Below are positions 10,709 to 19,100 of a stretch of DNA of 64,000 nucleotides, piece after piece. The DNA is from Bordetella parapertussis (GTDB lineage Bacteria > Pseudomonadota > Gammaproteobacteria > Burkholderiales > Burkholderiaceae_D). Every line of letters begins with the position of its first letter. Position 1 is the first letter of the stretch. Made by a program: the position numbers and the translations under genes. Where the stretch lies: positions 53-64,052 of the forward strand of contig CAMBFZ010000019.1 in assembly GCA_945866125.1 (NCBI GenBank), written 5' to 3'. The notes beneath the pieces are model-generated. The model ran no database searches. It worked only from the letters and a program-made list of their open reading frames with translations, and was not told where the DNA came from.

Positions 10709-10821
10709 TAGCTGCTCCCACACTATTATTTAATTAAGATCAACTTCTAGTATAGAAGAAAAATTTCTCCAAGGTAAGTTTCTCAAGGCTTTATCGGCAA
10801 TCTTTGCACTTATTTACAGTC

Positions 10822-11952
10822 TTAATTGCCCCAATAGGCAATGTTTCTGGCGATCACTTCGGCGGCCGTTGTGATGGTGGTTTTAGGCATGGGGTTGGGT
10901 GTGACGCGGTCGGATGCCGGTGCCACGTAGACACTTTTCTTAATCAGGTTGGGCGCGCCATAGCTTTTGCTGATTGCGTCGGCCGGGTTTTGAAACAGGC
11001 GCTCAGAATTGGCGATATCGGTCAGCGGCAAATCAAACGGCTGAGGATTTTTCATTACTTGCGCCAACGCGGTGCTGGCGGTAGCGGGCTTGCTGGCAAA
11101 AGCGCTCATTTTGTTAAATTCAGCCAAACTGCTATAGCCCATGGAGACAAGTTTTTTTGCCGCTAGCGCGTCGGTGCCAAGCGTGTTGGCGTTGACGCCA
11201 GTGGGCAGGTTATTCATAGCGCTCAAGGTGCCCGGCAGCCCCGTCAGGATAGCCAACGCTTTGAGCGGGGTGATGGTGGGGTCTTTGAAATTGCTGCTGT
11301 TCATGCCCACCATGGACACCATGGCCGACGCTTTGGGTTCGAGCGTTGCTTTGGCTTGTGTCGCAGTGGTTCCGTTGGGAAAATTTGCCAGCGACTTGAT
11401 GCCAAGGCCAGCCAGCTCCGCATAGGCAGTTTTGAGCTCGTTGTATTGCGTGTTGGAGATCTTGCCCGGCGTTTCCGGGTCTTCGATGAGTTTGAAAGCC
11501 TGATAGGCCGTGGTACCAGCCGGAAATGCACTGAGGTCGTAGATGCCGGACTTCGCCAGCGTCGAGGCCAAAATGCCGTTGGATTTATTTTGAAACAGGC
11601 TGTCGAGTGCCCCTTGCACCGAGGTGCCTTTCGGGAATTTCGCCAGCGTGGGGTAGCCCAGGTCTTTTAGCGTTTGGGTGCCGGCAAGCGCTTTTTTGAG
11701 CGCTGTTTCGGATAGCACTAGATTGCCCGGTGTCGATGGATTATTGTCTTCCGTGCGGAAAGTGACCATTTTAAAGGCGTCATTCCAGCTAGTTCCTGCA
11801 GGGAAACCTTTCGGGCTGGCATCGGTCGTCTTGGCATCCTTTACGCCAGCCGAAATGAGCGCGGCCGTGAGGCTTGTTTTGATTTGCTGCGTACTCAGCT
11901 TGGTGCCGCCGGTCGCGATGACGGGCGAAGATGACGTGACGTTGGTAACCAT
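10822..11952 (-). CDS. Hypothetical protein with four internal FPxGT(S/T) repeats, no signal peptide
   Basis: 376-aa ORF. The motifs KGFPAGTSWNDAFKM, AKFPKGTSVQGALDSL, SAFPAGTTAYQAFKL and ANFPNGTTATQAKATL recur at roughly 45-60 aa spacing. I recognise no family. Confidence 0.5.
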   Translation of the reverse strand: MVTNVTSSSPVIATGGTKLSTQQIKTSLTAALISAGVKDAKTTDASPKGFPAGTSWNDAFKMVTFRTEDNNPSTPGNLVLSETALKKALAGTQTLKDLGYPTLAKFPKGTSVQGALDSLFQNKSNGILASTLAKSGIYDLSAFPAGTTAYQAFKLIEDPETPGKISNTQYNELKTAYAELAGLGIKSLANFPNGTTATQAKATLEPKASAMVSMVGMNSSNFKDPTITPLKALAILTGLPGTLSAMNNLPTGVNANTLGTDALAAKKLVSMGYSSLAEFNKMSAFASKPATASTALAQVMKNPQPFDLPLTDIANSERLFQNPADAISKSYGAPNLIKKSVYVAPASDRVTPNPMPKTTITTAAEVIARNIAYWGN

Positions 11953-12071
11953 GATTGCTCCTGTCGCAGCGTGTTGATTGCGCGTTTCCGACAGGAATAT
12001 GCAAAATTCGTACCAATAAGAAAGTGCAGGACTGTCGCGAAAGACGACAGCGTGACATTAAATGGGTCTAG

Positions 12072-12371
12072 CGAAGTTTTGGTGGTGGTACCAAAATCGC
12101 GAGCAACCTCAGCACGTTCTTGAACGTGCATGTCAGACGGGCATTAGGTGCGCGGGATTTGGTGTATGTTCTCTCCGACGGGTACGATCCGCCTGACGAG
12201 ACCGAACGGTCCATCCGGGCGATTCGGCAACGTGGGGCCAAGTTGTATTGGTTACATCCGAACAAAGAAGAGCCAGGCTCGCAAGCGATACAGCAAAGTC
12301 GGCATCTCATTAGCGGTTTTTTGGCAATCCATCATCTTCAGAGTCTGGAAAATTTGGTCAAGCTGGTTTAG
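12072..12371 (+). pseudogene. 5'-truncated coxE-like VWA-domain gene fragment (C-terminal third only)
   Basis: The open frame from the stop at 12069 reads RSFGGGTKIASNLSTFLNVHVRRALGARDLVYVLSDGYD...LYWLHPNKEEPG...HHLQSLENL. This matches the GGGT(R/K)IG...SDG.D...WLNP...HNL.SL tail of CoxE/VWA proteins, and the N-terminal two thirds are absent. Confidence 0.6.
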
Positions 12372-12386
12372 TCATGAGGTGAAAAA

Positions 12387-13061
12387 ATGGGGTGTCTTTT
12401 AAAGCAAGGTGGCGGTTTGTATGAACAGCTCCGCGTTGGCGCGGTGCTGCTGGCCGCTGGTGAGGGCTCGCGGATGGGGCATGTGCCCAAGTGCCTGCTG
12501 AAGTTGCAGGGAGTGCCTTTGATTAATCGGCATCTCATCGCAATGAGCGGTGGTGGCATTAATGAAGTCGTTGTTGTTACCGGTTTTTATTACGAACAAA
12601 TTGAGCCCTCAGTGGAGAGTTTTCCAGTCACCGTGGTGCGCAATCCGCAGCCAGAGCAGGGCCAGCAATCGTCGGTCAAGCTGGGGCTCGAAGCATTGGG
12701 ATCGGAGTTCGACATTGTCTTGATTGCGCTGGCCGACCAACCCCTGATTGGCAGTGCCGAATTAACAGAGTTGATTGCTGCGTTTAAAAAACGTCCACCC
12801 GGCACCTGCGTGGTGTATCCGGAGGTGCGTGGTCAGCGCGGTAATCCGGTGGCTTTCTCGGGAGAGGTCATTGCGTCCATGCTTGAATCCGGCAAAAACA
12901 TCGGCTGTCGTAAATTCATCGATGCCAATCCAGCGCTGGTGCACAAGCTGGAGACAGACAATGATCGTTTCATTCTCGACCTAGACACCCCCGACGATAT
13001 CGCGTCATTTGAACAGCGGACCGGCTGGGTATTGACCATGCCTGATCCAGTTTCATCCTGA
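12387..13061 (+). CDS. mocA: Nucleotidyltransferase family protein (molybdenum cofactor cytidylyltransferase MocA-like)
   Basis: 224-aa ORF after GAGGTG. The N-terminal GAVLLAAGEGSRMG...K.LLKLQGVPLI signature, IALADQP and RGNPVAF are typical of MobA/MocA-like NTP transferases. Confidence 0.78.
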   Translation: MGCLLKQGGGLYEQLRVGAVLLAAGEGSRMGHVPKCLLKLQGVPLINRHLIAMSGGGINEVVVVTGFYYEQIEPSVESFPVTVVRNPQPEQGQQSSVKLGLEALGSEFDIVLIALADQPLIGSAELTELIAAFKKRPPGTCVVYPEVRGQRGNPVAFSGEVIASMLESGKNIGCRKFIDANPALVHKLETDNDRFILDLDTPDDIASFEQRTGWVLTMPDPVSS

Positions 13062-13084
13062 GGAGCGCTCACGCCATCTGCAAC

Positions 13085-13114
13085 AAAAAAGCGACCTCGA
13101 GGGTCGCTTTTTTT
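13085..13114. terminator. Bidirectional rho-independent terminator
   Basis: AAAAAAGCGACC-TCGAG-GGTCGCTTTTTTT lies between the convergent mocA-like gene and small secreted paralog A. Confidence 0.8.
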
Positions 13115-13146
13115 GTGTAGATCGAGACAAAGCCCGATTCGACAAC

Positions 13147-13569
13147 TTAGTTCGTTGCGCCGTTGTTGCTCATTGCCACACGCTTGTCGCAAACGTTGTT
13201 GGCAATGTTGCGATCGATATCAAGCTTTGGCTTGTAGAAGGACAAGTCGTCATAGCTTGGCTCGGTCAGGCGAGCGTGGTTGGTGTCGGCGGTCTTCAGA
13301 ACAGCAAAACCAGCTAACGCAACGGATTGGTCGGCGCAGTTGACCACGTAGTCGATCTGCTGCACACCGTTCTCGCCCAGATCAAAAAACTTGCGTACTT
13401 TCGACATGCCGTTGGTGTTGTCCATTGCGACGACCGACCAGGTGTTACCTACAGCAGCAACCATCATCACGTCATCTTTATCAGTGACCACGGTAACGTT
13501 GTCCGAACCAGCTGCGAAAGCCGAATTAGCCAAAACCAGACCGACTACGAAAGCGAATTTGTTAAACAT
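13147..13569 (-). CDS. Small secreted protein, paralog A (unknown function, two Cys)
   Basis: ORF 13147..13626. The start at 13569 follows AGGAGCTCCACC and gives MFNKFAFVVGLVLANSAFA as signal peptide. It differs at 4 residues from paralog B. Confidence 0.7.
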   Translation of the reverse strand: MFNKFAFVVGLVLANSAFAAGSDNVTVVTDKDDVMMVAAVGNTWSVVAMDNTNGMSKVRKFFDLGENGVQQIDYVVNCADQSVALAGFAVLKTADTNHARLTEPSYDDLSFYKPKLDIDRNIANNVCDKRVAMSNNGATN

Positions 13570-13652
13570 GGTGGAGCTCCTAAAAGTTGAGAAATTAAAG
13601 TCGTTGAAAGCTGATGAATGAATCATATCACAAACTTAGTATTTGTCCACTT

Positions 13653-13718
13653 TAAATATAAACAAAACCAAAATAATTTCAAATTTACGTAAAAACATTA
13701 GGCTAAATATAAACAAAA
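13653..13718. repeat. Two direct copies of TAAATATAAACAAAA spaced 51 bp apart (promoter region, copy 1)
   Basis: Exact 15-mers at 13653..13667 and 13704..13718, upstream of paralog A. Confidence 0.8.
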
Positions 13719-13935
13719 TGTGGAAATGAGAACAAAACAGCCGAATAAATTATCTAAAAGAAACTTGTTTGGTGGTCGAATTAAGAAAAAGCCGGATGAC
13801 TGCGCGGTCGGGCGCCGGACTCAATGCTGCAATCCCGCTTGTTTTTAGATTTGGCGTCAAGACAAAATCTAAACAACCCTTATTTTCTTGATTTTTGATG
13901 TCGCCCGATTCCTATTTTTCAGGCCGATCACTAAC

Positions 13936-14048
13936 ATGGAGCCCGTACAAAGGCATCAATACCCCATCGGCGTGGTTGCTCGCCGCACCCTTGTTCAACC
14001 TTCAGCATGACGTGTCTGGAAGCGCCGCTGTGAGGTGATCATTCCAAC
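13936..14048 (+). pseudogene. Decayed 5' remnant of the MerR-family gene
   Basis: ATGGAGCCCGTACAAAGGCATCAATACCCCATCGGCGTGGTTGCTCGCCGCACC... parallels 15013 onward (MDTVQKHQYTIGVVARRTHVQPE). This copy reads MEPVQRHQYPIGVVARRTLVQPSA and then hits a stop. Confidence 0.65.
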
Positions 14049-14159
14049 GCGCGACAAGGAAATCAATTGCACCACTACGCAGGGACCTAGGCGCCTCTCA
14101 TCCCGTCGCCGCAGCAGGTATCGGGCGGGCGGACTGTCTGTTGCGACTGTTCGGGCCAT

Positions 14160-14188
14160 AAAAAAAACGACCCACTGGGTCGTTTTTC
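14160..14188. terminator. Rho-independent terminator downstream of paralog B
   Basis: AAAAAAAACGACCC-ACT-GGGTCGTTTTTCT. It appears homologous to the 13085 terminator, with paired stem substitutions. Confidence 0.75.
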
Positions 14189-14220
14189 TGTTTGACAGGC
14201 CCAGGGCCCGTCGAATGCTG

Positions 14221-14643
14221 TTAGTTCGTCGAACCGCCGTTGCCCATTGCCACGCGCTTGTCGCAAACGTTGTTGGCGATGTTGCGATCGATATCAAGCT
14301 TTGGCTTGTAGAAGGACAAGTCGTCATAGCTTGGCTCGGTCAGGCGAGCGTGGTTGGTGTCAGCGGTCTTCAGAACAGCAAAACCAGCTAATGCAACGGA
14401 TTGGTCGGCGCAGTTGACCACGTAGTCGATCTGCTGCACACCGTTCTCGCCCAGATCAAAAAACTTACGTACTTTCGACATGCCGTTGGTGTTGTCCATT
14501 GCGACGACCGACCAGGTGTTACCTACAGCAGCAACCATCATCACATCATCTTTATCAGTGACCACGGCAACGTTGTCCGAACCAGCTGCGAAAGCCGAGT
14601 TAGCCAAGACCAGACCGACTACGAAAGCGAATTTGTTAAACAT
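14221..14643 (-). CDS. Small secreted protein, paralog B
   Basis: ORF 14221..14700 with the same SD and ATG context as paralog A. The sequences differ only at DNVT/DNVA and in the C-terminal SNNGATN/GNGGSTN. Confidence 0.7.
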   Translation of the reverse strand: MFNKFAFVVGLVLANSAFAAGSDNVAVVTDKDDVMMVAAVGNTWSVVAMDNTNGMSKVRKFFDLGENGVQQIDYVVNCADQSVALAGFAVLKTADTNHARLTEPSYDDLSFYKPKLDIDRNIANNVCDKRVAMGNGGSTN

Positions 14644-14726
14644 GGTGGAGCTCCTAAAGGTTGAGAAATTAAAGTCGTTGAAAGCTAATGAACGAATCAT
14701 ATCACAAACTTAGTATTTGTCCACCT

Positions 14727-14792
14727 TAAATATAAACAAAACCAAAATAATTTCAAATTTACGTAAAAACATTAGGCTAAATATAAACAAAA
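14727..14792. repeat. Two direct copies of TAAATATAAACAAAA spaced 51 bp apart (promoter region, copy 2)
   Basis: Exact 15-mers at 14727..14741 and 14778..14792, in the divergent promoter region between paralog B and the MerR gene. Confidence 0.8.
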
Positions 14793-15012
14793 TGTAAAAA
14801 TAAGAATGAAATAAATAAATAAGTTAACTAAAAGAAATTTATTTGACGCATTTGGCAGAAAAAAAGCCCGGCGGGGTGCGCAATAAAGCACGTGTCTCGA
14901 TGCTATATTCCTGCCTGTGTTGAGCTTTAGCGCTAAAACAAAAGCTAAACAGCTCTCAGTTGTATTGATTTTGATTCCATCCGATTCATGTTTTTTTAGG
15001 CCTACCTTCACA

Positions 15013-15954
15013 ATGGACACCGTTCAGAAGCATCAATACACCATCGGCGTCGTCGCGCGCCGCACCCACGTCCAACCTGAAACACTGCGTGTCTGGGAGC
15101 GGCGCTACGATTTGATCGTTCCCGGGCGCAGCGAAACTGGGCGCCGGCTTTATTCAGAGGCAGACATTATTAAGCTATCGTTGGTAAAGCAACTGACAGA
15201 GCTGGGTCATCCCGTGAGCGGCCTGGCCAAATTATCCATTGACGCCTTGCGTGACCGGCTCAGTACGGCGACGGCAAGCGCGCCGAACGATACGCCTCGC
15301 CGTCTGCGTAAATGCCGTGTCATCTTTTTTAACGAATCATTTAGTGTGCGCATGCGGCGTGAGCTGCTGCTGTTTCAGGATATTGACGTGGTGGAGCAAT
15401 GGCAGCCGAGCGGGCAATCGGCGGCGGCGCCGCAGGCTGATGTGCTAATCATTGCTGCTGCCACGATCAATGAGCAGTCGCTGGCTGATGTGCGCCGGCA
15501 GTTACTTGATACGGGTTGCGCAGCAGCGGTGGTGGTCTTTAATTTCGGTACCAAGATGGCACTGACCCAGCTTGAGCGCGCAGGCGTGGTGTGTCTGAAG
15601 GGAGCGGTGACTGCGACAGAAATCCATCGTGCCTGCTTGTCGCTGCGTACCCCAGCGCCGGAGGCCGCGCCGCAAGTGCGCGCGGCCACCGTGCCGGCGC
15701 CTCGCCGCTTTAGTGCCGAGCAGCTCGCGCGGGTTGCCGGGCTGACCGGCACAATTGTTTGCGAGTGCCCCAACCATCTGGCTGAACTGATCGTTAGTCT
15801 CAGCGCGTTCGAGCAGTACAGTAGTGAATGCGCCAATCGTAATGATAAAGACGCAGAGTTGCATGCGCAGCTCAATGAATCGGCTGCCAAGGCCCGCACG
15901 ATTCTTGAAGAGAGCTTGGCGCGCCTGATCGAGATTGAGGGCATTGTTATTTAG
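15013..15954 (+). CDS. MerR family transcriptional regulator with an unrecognised Cys-containing C-terminal domain
   Basis: ORF 14917..15954. The ATG at 15013 gives MDTVQKHQYTIGVVARRTHVQPETLRVWERRYDLIVPGRSETGRRLYSEADI, a MerR-type HTH. The C-terminus contains IVCECPNHLAELI...FEQYSSEC. Confidence 0.8.
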   Translation: MDTVQKHQYTIGVVARRTHVQPETLRVWERRYDLIVPGRSETGRRLYSEADIIKLSLVKQLTELGHPVSGLAKLSIDALRDRLSTATASAPNDTPRRLRKCRVIFFNESFSVRMRRELLLFQDIDVVEQWQPSGQSAAAPQADVLIIAAATINEQSLADVRRQLLDTGCAAAVVVFNFGTKMALTQLERAGVVCLKGAVTATEIHRACLSLRTPAPEAAPQVRAATVPAPRRFSAEQLARVAGLTGTIVCECPNHLAELIVSLSAFEQYSSECANRNDKDAELHAQLNESAAKARTILEESLARLIEIEGIVI

Positions 15955-16189
15955 TGCACGGCACCTTATGCAAGGGGTTCCCGTCATGCTCGATTCGCTG
16001 CATGTCTGACTTTTTTCTTATTGAAATGGCGGTCAGTTATTATTCACGATCGCCCATCGTGCGGATTAATTTATTGGCATCGTTGGTGGATGACCGGCCG
16101 ACCCGTATCTAATTAGCTCGCCCCAGTTTGCAGGCCACGCAGCGGGCTTGTGCTATCAAAAAAATAATAATTTGTCAGGAGACAATTGT

Positions 16190-19100
16190 ATGCGTAGTTA
16201 TATTGGGTTCATTGTTCGTTTTCGCTGGGCTGTGCTTGCACTTGTTTTGCTTGCGACGGTTTTCTTGCATTTTCGTGGTCAGGCCCTGACCGTCATTATT
16301 GATCCCAACAACATCGTGCCGCGCTCGCATCCCTTCGTGGCGACCACGCTTAAAGTGGAAGAGATTTTCGGTTCGCGTTATGTCGGCGTAATCGGTATCA
16401 CGCCGAAAGAAGGGGACGTCTTTAACCCCAAGGTACTCGAAAAAGTCCAGCGCATCACCGCTAAGCTACGTGAAACGCCGCGCGTGGTGAAAGCAAATCT
16501 GCTCTCGGTAGCGGCAAGGCGTGCAAAAGATATTCGTGGCACTGAGGAAGGCATGGAGGTCAAACAAATGATGGGCGATGTGCCCGCCACGCCCGAGCAG
16601 ATGGCCGCTCTGAAAGATGCGTTGCAACGTAATACCGCGTATATGAATTCGGTTGTCTCGCAAGATTTCAAGACCATTACAGTGCTGGCAGAAGTACGTG
16701 ACGCCACGCCTGCCGAACTCAAAGAAGGCAAAGGTGGCTTCACCTATGTGAATAAAAAAATCCTCGAGATCGTCGAGTCTGAACGGGATGAATCGGTCGA
16801 TATCGTCGTTACCGGGTACCCGGCTTTTCTGGCCCAGCTTGAGCAGTTTTCCGCGCGTGGGGGCTTATTGCTGCTGCTTGCAATCGGTATTATCGGCGTG
16901 ATTCACTATGAAGCGTTCCGCACGATACAGGGGCTGATCCTGCCTCTGCTGACACCGATTATTGCCGTCACGTGGGGCAAGGGATTGATGGGATTGGCCA
17001 ATGTGCCGCTCGATATTTTTAATATGTCCACGCCGATTCTAATTTTGGCCGTCGGCGCGGGACACGCGGTACAGATGCTCAAGCGCTACTACGAAGAATA
17101 TAACGTGCTGCGGCAAGATCCGAATTTGTCACCCAAAGAGGCGAACCGATTGGCCGTGATTGAATCGATTGTGAAAATCGGCCCGGTGATGCTGACTGCC
17201 GGACTGGTCGCTGCCGCAGGATTTTTGTCGCTGATGATTTTCGATATCGTGTCGATTCGCGTTTTTGGTATTTTTTCCGGCATAGGCATCTTGAGTATTC
17301 TGGTCATTGAAATGACCTTCATTCCGGCCCTGCGTGCTGTGCTGCCGCCGCCAGGTGAAAAAGAAGCCCGCATGGAGCGCGAAGAGCGCTTCTGGGACCG
17401 TATCACGCATTTCTATGCCGACCTGTTGTTGGGACCCAATCGCCATCGGATTTTTATGGTGTGTGGAGTCATCATTGCGGTTGCTCTGGCTGGCATGTCC
17501 CAGCTCAAAATTGAAAGCGCGCTGAAAAAATATTTTGATCCTGATTTACCGTTGATGGTCGCTGACAAAAAGCTCAACGAGCGCATGGCAGGCACGAATA
17601 ATATTTATCTCTTGATCGAAGGCGACAAACCCGACGCCATCAAAGATCCGGCCGTGCTGCGCGCCATGGATGAACTGCAGAATTATCTGACTACGCGTCC
17701 CAATATCGGCAAAGTGATTTCGATTGCCGAATTTATCAAGCGCATGAACCAGTCAATGAACGCGGATGATCCGGCTTTTTTCCGGATCCCGGACAAGCAG
17801 GCCACCATCGCGGAATATCTGCTGATTTATTCAATGTCTGGCGAGCCGGGTGATTTTGACCCCTACGTTGATTATGATTACCGGATGGCCAACATGGTCG
17901 TCTTCACGCACAGTGACAGTACGGCAGATTTGCATGCACTGTGGAGTGAAATCCAAATTTTTGTTGATGCCAAATTCCCGAAAAATATCAAAGTCAATAT
18001 TGGTGGCAGCGTGGCGCAAAGTGCAGCGATCACCGACGTAATCGTGAAAGATAAAATTTTAAATGTGATCCAGATCGCCAGTGTGGTGTTTCTCGCCACC
18101 GCATTTGTCTTCCGCTCGTTCATTGCCGGCTTGTTGGTCGTCACGCCCTTACTGCTCTCGGTGTTAGTCAACATGGGGTTGATGGGATGGCTTGGCATGC
18201 GGCTCAATGTGCCCACGGCGCTCACATCGGCACTGGCCATTGGTATTGGTGCGGACTACGCGATCTATATGCTCTTTAGATTGCGCGAAGAAATCGCTAA
18301 AGGCACCAACACCGACGAAGCTTTCCGCAAGGTGCTCAGTACCGCTGGTAAGGCCTGCTTGTTTGTGGCCTCGGCAGTGGCAGGGGGCTATGCGGTACAG
18401 GCAGGGTCACGCGGCTATTACCCGCATACCTGGAGTGCGATCTTAATTGGCACCGCCATGCTGGTCAGCGTCACCGCTGCGCTCACCGTGATGCCGGCCC
18501 TGGTTTTAAAATTCCGTCCTTCATTTATTTTTAAAGGAGATCATGTGAACAACGCCGGCAACTTAAAATCCGGAACCGCGCTGATGCTTGTTCTGGGCTT
18601 CACTGCCATGCTTGGTGTGGCGCTGCCAAAGGCATCGTGGGCGATCACGCCGGTCGAGATCATGGAGAAAAATTTCGTCGTCGGCAAATACGCGGATTCC
18701 ACCTCCGAGTCAACGATGACCCTGACTAACAAATCTGGTCAGCAGCGGGTACGCAAATCCTTCGGCACCAGCAAGCTCGACGCGAATGGTGTGGACAACA
18801 AGCGCATGACACGTTTCCTTGAGCCCGTTGATGTCAAAGGCACGGTGTCGCTGCTCGTTGAGCATTCTGACAAAGACGACGATATCTGGATTTATCTGCC
18901 TAGCGTAAAAAAAGTAAGACGCCTTATCTCCAGCAATAAAAAAGACAGCTTCGTGGGTACCGATTTTTCTTATGGCGACGTCATCGGCCATAAGGTCAAG
19001 GAGTGGAATCACACGCTGGTCAAAGAAGAAGAGGTCGATGGCAAGCCTTGCTATGTGATCGAATCGCTGCCGCGGGACGCGTCCGTCAAAGCCAACACCG

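Larger units (their letters stand above)
13140..14048. repeat. Tandem duplication, copy 1 (small secreted gene, promoter region and decayed MerR 5' end)
   Basis: By eye it aligns base-for-base at a 1074-bp offset with 14214..15122. It is near-identical across the small gene and AT-rich promoter, and diverges in the MerR-derived part. Confidence 0.85.
14214..15122. repeat. Tandem duplication, copy 2 (small secreted gene, promoter region and intact MerR 5' end)
   Basis: See copy 1. The offset is 1074 bp. Confidence 0.85.

Noticed and set aside
12148-12402. 84-aa alternative-frame ORF overlapping the coxE-like fragment
   Set aside because: The other frame carries the recognisable CoxE/VWA C-terminal motifs, and this frame has none.
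13634-13642. Shorter ACTTAGTAT-type elements (13634, 14708, 22100, 52066), considered as extra copies of the ATACTWWAGTAT operator
   Set aside because: The half-site spacing differs (one central base instead of two) and the outer half-site bases do not match, so they are too short to separate from chance.
14035-14391. 118-aa plus-strand ORF spanning the duplication spacer and the 3' end of paralog B (also 13995..14327 on the minus strand)
   Set aside because: It crosses the terminator hairpin and runs antisense into the small secreted gene. It derives from decayed MerR-like sequence and has no start context.
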